IMG/VR virus record: IMGVR_UViG_3300020000_000010
Location: 1 to 64,000 of that record
Source: a virus
DNA: 64,000 nucleotides
Strand: one strand, 5' to 3'
Each line of letters begins with the position of its first letter. The stretch's first letter is position 1. Both the position numbers and the translations under genes were made by a program. The notes beneath the pieces were generated by a model. It saw nothing but the letters and a program-made list of their open reading frames with translations. It was not told where the DNA came from and did not search any database. Positions 40,984 through 48,550 of this stretch are shown here, one piece after another.

Positions 40984-41412
40984 TTAAGCAACATCTGCTA
41001 AGTTTTTATTTTCTTGTAAATAAGCTCTATATTTATACATACTTGTTTCAAGTATTGTACAAGCTTCATTTAATCCTCCTCTATCGTCTAAGAAGATATT
41101 TGCATAAATTTTTCCATTCTTCCCATAAGGAACATCTATAGGATTAATATTTATAGCATCTATTGGAAGTCTTAATTTTTCACAATATTCTTGTATTTCA
41201 GGATATCTTTCCTGATTACAGGCAGTAAATATTACAATATAAGCTCCTGTTTCTCTTGCTATTTTAATAAGATTAATAGTCCTATCTAATTCTTCTAAAT
41301 CTTGTTTGCTTTTAAATTTCCACGGAGAAATTGTATCATCAAAATCTACAGCAACTATAATTTTACCATGTAATTGCCATTCTTGGAATAATCTATCTAT
41401 ATATTTATTCAT
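40984..41412 (-). CDS. Small cap-less HAD-superfamily phosphatase
   Basis: IIVAVDFDDTI (motif I), IVIFTA (II), KIYANIFLDDR (III/IV). Confidence 0.8.
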   Translation of the reverse strand: MNKYIDRLFQEWQLHGKIIVAVDFDDTISPWKFKSKQDLEELDRTINLIKIARETGAYIVIFTACNQERYPEIQEYCEKLRLPIDAININPIDVPYGKNGKIYANIFLDDRGGLNEACTILETSMYKYRAYLQENKNLADVA

Positions 41413-42303
41413 TTAAAATATGTTTAATTGTTTTAATATTTTTGATCCTATAGAAATACCATCATATTCATTATATTTTGGAATATCATTATAACTATTT
41501 GTACAATAAATACCATCAAAATATTTGGATAATTCTTCATAACCCTTACTAAAAATACCATGAGTTACTATAAGATAGATTTTAGGACAACTGTTTCCAA
41601 TATAATGATCTTTTATCTCCTTTGCTATATTAATAAAGGTAGCACCACCATCACAAATATCATCTATTATAATAAGATCTTTATTTCCTAAATTGCTTAG
41701 AGGAACTACACATTTAGTTAATTTGCCATCTTTATCTCTTTCCTTAGAACAAATAATAATATCTCCTTCAAATTCAAAAGATTCAGCAACTTTATATATT
41801 TTCTTAGAAGCTCCTGCGTCAGGAGATATTAAAACCATTCTAGAATTACCTTCATTGGAATCATAATCATAAATTTCACTTAAAGCAAACTTAACTACTT
41901 CTTCATTAGATATTCTTAGAAAATTAGATTTAATACAAGCTTCTAATACATCTGAATGAGGGTCTAAACAAGTTATTGAATAAAAATTAAGACTATTTAA
42001 AATAGGACAAATAACATCTTTTAAATAGTTATTAGACCCTTCTTCAAACTTTCTATCACTCCTAGAACCTAATATATACGGAGAATATAAATTAATTCCC
42101 CTAACATTTAATCCTTTTAGTGATTTTACAGCACAAATTAATATTTCTAGATCAATAAAATTATTAATTCTTGTTTTAATTTCTATATATTCGTTTAAAA
42201 GAGTTTTATCTAAAATTGTTAATTGATTTTGACCATCTGGAAATTTAGAAATTTTATATTTAATATCTGATTTTTCTGGATAAACCAGATTTAATATTTT
42301 CAT
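41413..42303 (-). CDS. prs: Ribose-phosphate pyrophosphokinase-family protein (likely NARP1 Adps, ADPR-PP synthetase)
   Basis: KFPDGQ, PYILGSRSDR, LDPHSDV, SPDAGASKK, IIDDICDGGATF, VTHGIFSKG. Confidence 0.92.
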   Translation of the reverse strand: MKILNLVYPEKSDIKYKISKFPDGQNQLTILDKTLLNEYIEIKTRINNFIDLEILICAVKSLKGLNVRGINLYSPYILGSRSDRKFEEGSNNYLKDVICPILNSLNFYSITCLDPHSDVLEACIKSNFLRISNEEVVKFALSEIYDYDSNEGNSRMVLISPDAGASKKIYKVAESFEFEGDIIICSKERDKDGKLTKCVVPLSNLGNKDLIIIDDICDGGATFINIAKEIKDHYIGNSCPKIYLIVTHGIFSKGYEELSKYFDGIYCTNSYNDIPKYNEYDGISIGSKILKQLNIF

Positions 42304-42304
42304 T

Positions 42305-42823
42305 TTATTTTAGTTCTAATTTTAATTGTTCTTTAAGGTAATTATATTCCTTACTTTTATGTCCTTTAACATATTCTTCTAATTCTTTTTGATTATTAAT
42401 TCCCAATAACTGAAATAAAGAATACCAATTATATTCTGAATTAAACATTTTATTTTCAATATCTTCTTCAAATATCTTAAAAATATCATTTTTATTAAAA
42501 GATATATAATAATTTAAAGTAGGTTTATAAATATCTGTACAATTTACAAACCAGGGAAATCTAGGAGAGCCTTCTACTTCTATATTTATTACTAATAATA
42601 AATGCATTAACTCTTTCTCTTCTACTTTATAATAAGTATTTATAAGTTCTAATAGATCATCAAAACTTCTATATTTCTTCTTAGGACATTGTTCTTCTGT
42701 ACATTCTTTATCTTTATAGGTTTCTATAGAATAAACAGTATCTCCTGTTTCAGAATAAGAGAATAACCTTTCTAGAAAGTCTTTAGGACTATCGGGTATT
42801 TCAAAATTAACGTATATTGCCAT
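42305..42823 (-). CDS. Hypothetical protein (paralog of 43514-43975)
   Basis: Shared S.KDF...T.Y....EEQ....K.RS..D.......YY pattern. Confidence 0.6.
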   Translation of the reverse strand: MAIYVNFEIPDSPKDFLERLFSYSETGDTVYSIETYKDKECTEEQCPKKKYRSFDDLLELINTYYKVEEKELMHLLLVINIEVEGSPRFPWFVNCTDIYKPTLNYYISFNKNDIFKIFEEDIENKMFNSEYNWYSLFQLLGINNQKELEEYVKGHKSKEYNYLKEQLKLELK

Positions 42824-42837
42824 ATTTTATATTATTT

Positions 42838-43092
42838 TTACCAATCACTACCTGCTCCTCCTCCACCAAAAGATCCTCCTCCAAATCCATCAAAATCACT
42901 ATTACTTGAGAAACCTGAGGAAGAACTGCTAGAAGAATCTGAATCAAATAAACTACTTATAGCAGATCCTACTGCTAATCCTATTCCAATATCTATTAAA
43001 TCATCAATAATATCTGAATCTTCACAGTTAGAACAAGTATCGTATTTACTAGATACTTTTCTTCCACATTTGTTGCATTTATATTTATTCAT
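42838..43092 (-). CDS. Zn-ribbon protein with a hydrophobic segment and Ser/Gly-rich tail
   Basis: CNKC...CSNC; IGIGLAVGSAI; ends FGGGSFGGGGAGSDW. Confidence 0.7.
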   Translation of the reverse strand: MNKYKCNKCGRKVSSKYDTCSNCEDSDIIDDLIDIGIGLAVGSAISSLFDSDSSSSSSSGFSSNSDFDGFGGGSFGGGGAGSDW

Positions 43093-43279
43093 TTTTAACC
43101 TTTTTAATCATTTTTGTTCTAACTAGGGGAATAAAATTCTTTAGTTTAACTAATCCCAAACCCAAACCTATTTTTTCAATAACATATGTTCTACCACATA
43201 ATTCTCTTTCAATATCTAATTCATTATATTTATTCCAAGATTTTTTTGCAATTACTTTGTCTCCAATTTTTAAAATCAT
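43085..43279 (-). CDS. Small hypothetical protein (SH3/KOW-like)
   Basis: LKIGDKVI start; overlaps both neighbours. Confidence 0.5.
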   Translation of the reverse strand: MILKIGDKVIAKKSWNKYNELDIERELCGRTYVIEKIGLGLGLVKLKNFIPLVRTKMIKKVKNE

Positions 43280-43572
43280 ATAATTTTTTGTAAATATTGT
43301 GCTAAATAATAACCTGTATAAGTACCCAAACTAGCACCTAAACAATAAGCTATTTTCTCTTTAAAACGACTAAAAGCAATCTTTTGAACATTGTTAGTCC
43401 AAGTATAAGCTACTCCAAAACTTGATAGTAGTAATAAGGATAGTTTTCCATTAAATAGGAATATCATATTACATGCTACTAAACAGGTTTGGATAAAAGC
43501 CATTAAAAAGAGTTTAAACAATTTCTTTATTTCTATATTGTCCAGGTTTTCTTCCAAATTCATCTTTTTCAT
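43276..43572 (-). CDS. Small multi-pass membrane protein (true start may be downstream)
   Basis: Three hydrophobic segments, ending YCLGASLGTYTGYYL. Confidence 0.6.
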   Translation of the reverse strand: MKKMNLEENLDNIEIKKLFKLFLMAFIQTCLVACNMIFLFNGKLSLLLLSSFGVAYTWTNNVQKIAFSRFKEKIAYCLGASLGTYTGYYLAQYLQKII

Positions 43573-43975
43573 CTATGTGCATAATTTCATCATTATCTGC
43601 AAAACTAAATACTCTCTTATTAATAGCTCTACACATTTGAGATTTAATTCTTTCCCCTTCTTCTATACTATCTAACTCTATTAACACTTCTTCAAAAGTA
43701 CAATTAGGGTAATAGTATTTACATATTCTAAAGATATCTCCTGCTGATCTTCTTTTTCCTTCAGGAGTTTGCTCTTCTTCAGAATCTACATATACTGTAG
43801 CAATTCTTTCATTAAAATCTCTTATAAATTTCCATATAAAATCCTTTAAAGAATGATCTTTTATATTCTTTTTCATAAAGGGTTTTAACCTTAATTTAGG
43901 CTCTTTTAAGAGATCTTTTTCAAATTCTCTTAAAGAAGTTCTATTTCCTCTATTTTCTGTTGTAAAATCTGCCAT
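43514..43975 (-). CDS. Hypothetical protein (paralog of 42305-42823)
   Basis: SLKDFI...TVY..SEEEQTPEGKRRSAGDIFRICKYYYP. Confidence 0.6.
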   Translation of the reverse strand: MADFTTENRGNRTSLREFEKDLLKEPKLRLKPFMKKNIKDHSLKDFIWKFIRDFNERIATVYVDSEEEQTPEGKRRSAGDIFRICKYYYPNCTFEEVLIELDSIEEGERIKSQMCRAINKRVFSFADNDEIMHIDEKDEFGRKPGQYRNKEIV

Positions 43976-43976
43976 T

Positions 43977-44372
43977 TTAGAGTTTTAATATATATAATTT
44001 TTGTTTTTCTAATCCATCTTCATTATGTCGGTAGTTTGAATATTCTGCTATTGTTTCAAATCCTAATTCAAAGAGGATAGGTTCATGTTTTTTTCTATAA
44101 TTATGCCCTAAAGTACATATAATAGCTCCAGCATCTTTAAATAAATTTTCTTTAATCTTCTCTAAAACCTCTTTAGCTTCATCTATATATTTCTTTTGTA
44201 TATTAATTACTCCAGACATTTGTACTATCCCACAACCAGTAATCATCCCACAAACGGTTAAATATCCACAACTTTGGTCTAAAGGATAAGTATTTTTATC
44301 ATTCCATCCTCCATAATGATAATATTCTTCTGGTTCAACATCAGGACTTTTCTTAATTTCTTCTTTTATCAT
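43977..44372 (-). CDS. Hypothetical protein
   Basis: 131-aa coupled ORF. Confidence 0.55.
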   Translation of the reverse strand: MIKEEIKKSPDVEPEEYYHYGGWNDKNTYPLDQSCGYLTVCGMITGCGIVQMSGVINIQKKYIDEAKEVLEKIKENLFKDAGAIICTLGHNYRKKHEPILFELGFETIAEYSNYRHNEDGLEKQKLYILKL

Positions 44373-44788
44373 TAAACTAAAATATTTAAAGAATTCTTAA
44401 CTATTTCTATATAATCATCTGTTTCTACTATAAACCTATGTATACCATAATGTTTATCAGATACAGGATCTATATAAACACTATAACAAACAAAACTTAG
44501 ATTTACTAGTTTAGAAAAATCATTAGGATCACTTTCTAAAAATATATTTAAATCAAAAGTATCTATAGCTATTGCTTTATCTCCAAAACTATCATATCTA
44601 TAATACCTAGATTCTGGTATTTTTAGTCTTTTTAGAGTGTGATCTATAAATCTAGAATTAGGTTCATTAGAAATAAGATATAACTCTATTTCAGGCATTT
44701 GTTGTAGTTTCTCTATATAGTTTCTAAATATATCTATCTTCCAAGAATCTACTATTTCAAATCCTATTTTAATTTTCTTTTCTTCCAT
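44372..44788 (-). CDS. Degenerate HAD-fold-like protein
   Basis: KIGFEIVD, LYLISN, DK...LNIFLESDP follow HAD motif spacing but lack the DxD. Confidence 0.4.
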   Translation of the reverse strand: MEEKKIKIGFEIVDSWKIDIFRNYIEKLQQMPEIELYLISNEPNSRFIDHTLKRLKIPESRYYRYDSFGDKAIAIDTFDLNIFLESDPNDFSKLVNLSFVCYSVYIDPVSDKHYGIHRFIVETDDYIEIVKNSLNILV

Positions 44789-44978
44789 TTATTCTATTTA
44801 ATGTATCTTCAGATTTCTCATTAAAATTATCTACTAATCCCATAAGTTCTTCTTGTTTATTTATTCCAAGTATTTGTAATGCTTGACAAAATCTTATATC
44901 TAGATTATTATATAGAAATTCTTCAAGAACTTCTAAAATCTTAAAATTTGATTTTTGAGGATCTTTTACTTCTTCCAT
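44769..44978 (-). CDS. Hypothetical protein
   Basis: 69 aa with DIRFCQAL motif. Confidence 0.55.
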   Translation of the reverse strand: MEEVKDPQKSNFKILEVLEEFLYNNLDIRFCQALQILGINKQEELMGLVDNFNEKSEDTLNRINGRKEN

Positions 44979-44989
44979 TTTATTTATTG

Positions 44990-45178
44990 TTATTCTGAAT
45001 ATTTACTTAATTCTTCACAATCTTCAATATCTCCCATTCTTTTTAGATAATCTAAACCTCCATCAACACTATATTCTTTTCCGTTTTTATCTATATGAAT
45101 TTTAAAATCATGTCTATGTTTAGATTCTATAATAGTTCCATCAGGAGTTTTTATAGCATTATATATTATTTTACTCAT
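44990..45178 (-). CDS. Small conserved-looking phage protein
   Basis: [10 protein letters not shown]...[10 protein letters not shown] motif. Confidence 0.6.
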   Translation of the reverse strand: MSKIIYNAIKTPDGTIIESKHRHDFKIHIDKNGKEYSVDGGLDYLKRMGDIEDCEELSKYSE

Positions 45179-45181
45179 TAT

Positions 45182-45427
45182 TTAATTTATATATTCAATT
45201 TGATAAGTACTATAAGTTGTTTTAAATATATTCTTTTTATTTAACTTTTTAGTTACAATACTTGTATAAAGATAAGGATGTAATTTAGATAGATATAATA
45301 TAAACTCTTCTCCCTCTTTAGGTTTATGTATCATATATCCATCTCTAGTATAACCTTTGTTTATTCCATTAGGATGATTTCCACCAAAGATATCATCTGA
45401 TATTTTTGTTAATCTTATTTTTTTCAT
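45182..45427 (-). CDS. Hypothetical protein
   Basis: 81 aa; HPNGI.KGY...G, TSIVTK, FKTTYSTY. Confidence 0.6.
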   Translation of the reverse strand: MKKIRLTKISDDIFGGNHPNGINKGYTRDGYMIHKPKEGEEFILYLSKLHPYLYTSIVTKKLNKKNIFKTTYSTYQIEYIN

Positions 45428-45437
45428 TTTATATAAT

Positions 45438-45472
45438 AAAAAAGAAGCACCAGAAAATCTCTAGTGCTTCTT
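45438..45472 (-). terminator. Rho-independent terminator
   Basis: On the - strand AAGAAGCACTAG-agatttt-CTGGTGCTTCTT followed by TTTT. Confidence 0.8.
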
Positions 45473-45483
45473 GTGTTTATAAT

Positions 45484-45575
45484 TAGGTACTTAAATAGTA
45501 GTTAAAGACGATCTAAATGGGTATCTCAAGGTTTCTTATCTACTATATTACTATAAACCTTTTTTCATGTACCTA
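45484..45575 (-). ncRNA. Candidate structured RNA (unclassified)
   Basis: Three perfect 7-bp complementary pairs in 92 non-coding nt lying between two hairpins. Confidence 0.3.
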
Positions 45576-45589
45576 GAACAAAATCCTAT

Positions 45590-45754
45590 TTAATAAGGAT
45601 TATTATAATATTCTTTAGCAGCTTTTATACTAGTAACAGTAGTATCATAGTAATTACCATTAATACATCTCCTTACTCTATAATTACCACTAGGAATTCT
45701 TTGAATACCTTTACTAATTTTTGTATAATTACCTGATTTTTTGTTATTTTTCAT
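45590..45754 (-). CDS. 54-aa basic protein, AP2/integrase-arm-like DNA-binding domain (not in ORF track)
   Basis: MKNNKKSGNYTKISKGIQRIPSGNYRVRRCINGNYYDTTVTSIKAAKEYYNNPY; A-rich leader; stop overlaps an AATCCT/AGGATT hairpin. Confidence 0.55.
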   Translation of the reverse strand: MKNNKKSGNYTKISKGIQRIPSGNYRVRRCINGNYYDTTVTSIKAAKEYYNNPY

Positions 45755-45818
45755 TTTTACTTTTTTATTTATTAATTATTATTTATCACTCTTTATTATC
45801 ACTCTTGCACTATCTTAA

Positions 45819-46838
45819 TTAATATTCTTTCCCATTAACTATTAGTCGGTTGTTTATATAAAATAAGGGCTCCACATGATAGAAACCATCTTTATCTAAT
45901 GTAACTAAACAACAAGCATTTAACCAACTATTCTTCATAGCTTTAGTAGCATAATTAAATATTGGAGCATTTATATCTCCTCCAAAACCCATATTAAACC
46001 CTCCTACTAATCCTTCAATATATATTTGAAATCTATGTGTATGAAAATACAATACTGATTTTCTATAAGTATCTATAGTCTTTTTAGCACTATGAGTATT
46101 TAAGAATTCTCCATGACAGATCTCTAAATGTTCCCCTAATTTAATAGAATCATTCTTCCAATCTTTATACACACAATAACCTCTTTCTAATAGCCTTAAT
46201 CCTTCTTCTGGAGACTTTAAAGCCTCACCATACTTAGATTCATCAGAATTAGAAAGTAATCTATTATATCTATCACAGTGATTGCCAAAGAGATAGTCTT
46301 TTGTTCCTTTTATATCTAACTCATCAAAGAGATCTAATAGTTTATTAGCCTCTCTATATTCCCAATCTAAGGTAACTCCTTTTAGTGGAATTTTACCTCT
46401 ATCGTGAGAACTTAATGAATTTAAATCTAAAAAATCTCCTGCTAGTATAATTCCTTGTAGTTTAACTTTTTCTGTTAAATACTTTAATACAGAATCATAC
46501 ATTTTCTTATTATGCCAGGGAGCATGTGTGCAACCTGTAATAAAATAAGTACCTGGAGTATTTCTTAAATTATCTTTTTTAATAGTATCTTTTTCAATAA
46601 ATTTTACATTTTCTATATAACAACCTAAGGAAAAACCTATTTTTTTGTTATTATACAAAGATAAAATCTCTTTTTCAGCACTATTTTGGAAAGGCTCCTT
46701 AATATTTTTATTAAGAAGATATATATAATCGCTTACATATTTCCTATGTTTACCAAACTTAGTACAAGCTATACTTAAAGCAACTCTATTATCAATAGAA
46801 TACTTTAATATGCTCTTTATCAACCCCTCTTTATTCAT
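45819..46838 (-). CDS. Calcineurin-like metallophosphoesterase
   Basis: GCTHAP, LAGDFLD, FGNHCDR, ICHGE, FHTHR motifs. Confidence 0.85.
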   Translation of the reverse strand: MNKEGLIKSILKYSIDNRVALSIACTKFGKHRKYVSDYIYLLNKNIKEPFQNSAEKEILSLYNNKKIGFSLGCYIENVKFIEKDTIKKDNLRNTPGTYFITGCTHAPWHNKKMYDSVLKYLTEKVKLQGIILAGDFLDLNSLSSHDRGKIPLKGVTLDWEYREANKLLDLFDELDIKGTKDYLFGNHCDRYNRLLSNSDESKYGEALKSPEEGLRLLERGYCVYKDWKNDSIKLGEHLEICHGEFLNTHSAKKTIDTYRKSVLYFHTHRFQIYIEGLVGGFNMGFGGDINAPIFNYATKAMKNSWLNACCLVTLDKDGFYHVEPLFYINNRLIVNGKEY

Positions 46839-46992
46839 CTATCTATTTTTAGTTAATATTGAATTAATCTCATTAACAACAGATTTAGGTAGTCCTCTAT
46901 CATCAATTTCATAATACTTATTCTTCTTTCTCTTTCTTTTAAATATTTTGAATATTTTACAACTTTTTATTATCACTTTTTCTAATTTTCTA

Positions 46993-47040
46993 CAAATATA
47001 TAACCTTTTTTAGATATATCCAAATAAATACGATAATATT
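46993..47040 (-). promoter_or_regulatory. Bacteroidota-type promoter with upstream AATATTATCGT box
   Basis: On the - strand: AATATTATCGT 47040-47030; TTTG 47024-47021; 20-nt spacer; TATATTTG 47000-46993. Confidence 0.7.
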
Positions 47041-47852
47041 TATAAAGGTATATCTTTAAGACTATAGACACGCCTATATCCTACGTTATATCTCTGATTA
47101 TGCTTAGCATCAAATAAATAGGTTAATATACCTGCTTTATTTAGATCTCTAAAGTTTTCAAATTTATCATCCACCATAAGGTCTAAGCCCAATAATTGTG
47201 CTGCTTCTACCTTACTTTCATTAAATCCTAAACTAAAAACAGGAACTTCTGGAAATCCATGTTTACTTAACCATTCTTCTGTCCATTCTTTACAAATAGG
47301 TCTAGAAGTTATATAACAAGCAGGTTCAAAAGGAATATCTTTTGGATTAGTCTTTACTGGAATAGACATCCAAAATTCCTTATTATCCTTTAATTCTTCA
47401 AATTTTAATCTAATATCTCTATCAAAAGTCCAAAACTCTGGAATAGGTTTATTAAAGTATTTACACCAATAAGGTACAAAATCTGCTAATACATCATCAA
47501 TATCTAGTCCTATCCTCTTATTTTTTAGATAAGAGTGATCTCTATCATCAAGATGAGGAGCATGTTTATAGTAAGAAACTATTGCTAAACAATTCCATGC
47601 AGCATTAGCCATGTGATAAGTTCCTAGTTCAGGATCTATATCCTCTCCATTCTCAAAAGCAGCAATATGTCTTTTTAAACTAGCTAAACATTTACTCCAT
47701 TCCATTCCTTTTAACCAGTTCTTATCTCCATATTTTTCAGCACCTTTAGAAAAAATTTTAACTAATTGTTCCATAGCAAAAGGTTCTAGAAGGTCATATC
47801 TTAACTTTCCCTTATTAAACCTAGCTGCTAATTGTGGTTCTCTTTCTATCAT
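47040..47852 (-). CDS. dATP/dGTP diphosphohydrolase-like (DUF5664-type) domain fused to a HAD 5'(3')-nucleotidase
   Basis: RFNKGKLRYDLL..GAEKYGDKNW.KG..LKRH..GEDIDPE....H.A.AAWN, then IGLDIDDVLADF, YITSR, MVDDK. Confidence 0.85.
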   Translation of the reverse strand: MIEREPQLAARFNKGKLRYDLLEPFAMEQLVKIFSKGAEKYGDKNWLKGMEWSKCLASLKRHIAAFENGEDIDPELGTYHMANAAWNCLAIVSYYKHAPHLDDRDHSYLKNKRIGLDIDDVLADFVPYWCKYFNKPIPEFWTFDRDIRLKFEELKDNKEFWMSIPVKTNPKDIPFEPACYITSRPICKEWTEEWLSKHGFPEVPVFSLGFNESKVEAAQLLGLDLMVDDKFENFRDLNKAGILTYLFDAKHNQRYNVGYRRVYSLKDIPL

Positions 47853-47982
47853 TTATAAAACTATTACAATAATCATAAATTTCTTTTTCTAACCAATCTT
47901 TATGTTCTTTATCTCCATGTTTTACTTTCTGAAAAAGAGATATGGCAAACTCTTTTAATAAAAATTCTTCATTTTCACTCAT
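47821..47982 (-). CDS. Small hypothetical protein, 53 aa (not in ORF track)
   Basis: MSENEEFLLKEFAISLFQKVKHGDKEHKDWLEKEIY...; fills the gap and overlaps both neighbours. Confidence 0.5.
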   Translation of the reverse strand: MSENEEFLLKEFAISLFQKVKHGDKEHKDWLEKEIYDYCNSFINDRKRTTISS

Positions 47983-48526
47983 CTTTCTTAAATCTATCTA
48001 TATTAAATAACTCTTCTTTCATTATAGGTTTATCAAAAACCTCACTATAATCAGGTAACTTAAAATCTAGCTGTAAAATCTCTTCTAAAGCATCTAAATC
48101 CTTTCTAGTAGGATATAGTATCTTTTTAATATTTAAGTACTTCTCGTGATTATAATCCTTATATAATTCTAATAAATACTTCTTATATTCATCTCCAAAT
48201 TGTGTATATTTTCCTTCTACAAAACAGAAAAAGTTATCTGATTGATTATAAGGAACATCAAACCTATATATTTCATATAGATCTTTATATATTTTTTCAA
48301 TAAATTCAATATTATTTATTAGTTCTTTCTCTATTAAAAGATCTCTTACTTCTTTTAATTCTTCTTCTTTAAATTTAAATACTAAATATATACTTCTAGG
48401 ATCAGTAGAAATATAGGTATTATAGTAGTTAAGTGTAAATATTCTAGGATGAAAACCTAACATATCTCTAATAAAAGTAGTAGATTTTGTTAGTTTTCTT
48501 TCCTGATTAATATTTCTATCTCCCAC
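47975..48526 (-). CDS. Hypothetical protein of the replication module
   Basis: GTG start after AAGGAGG; TKSTTFI..MLG, EGKYTQF...YK. Confidence 0.6.
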   Translation of the reverse strand: MGDRNINQERKLTKSTTFIRDMLGFHPRIFTLNYYNTYISTDPRSIYLVFKFKEEELKEVRDLLIEKELINNIEFIEKIYKDLYEIYRFDVPYNQSDNFFCFVEGKYTQFGDEYKKYLLELYKDYNHEKYLNIKKILYPTRKDLDALEEILQLDFKLPDYSEVFDKPIMKEELFNIDRFKKDE

Positions 48527-48550
48527 ACATATCCTCCTTCTTTTTAATCA

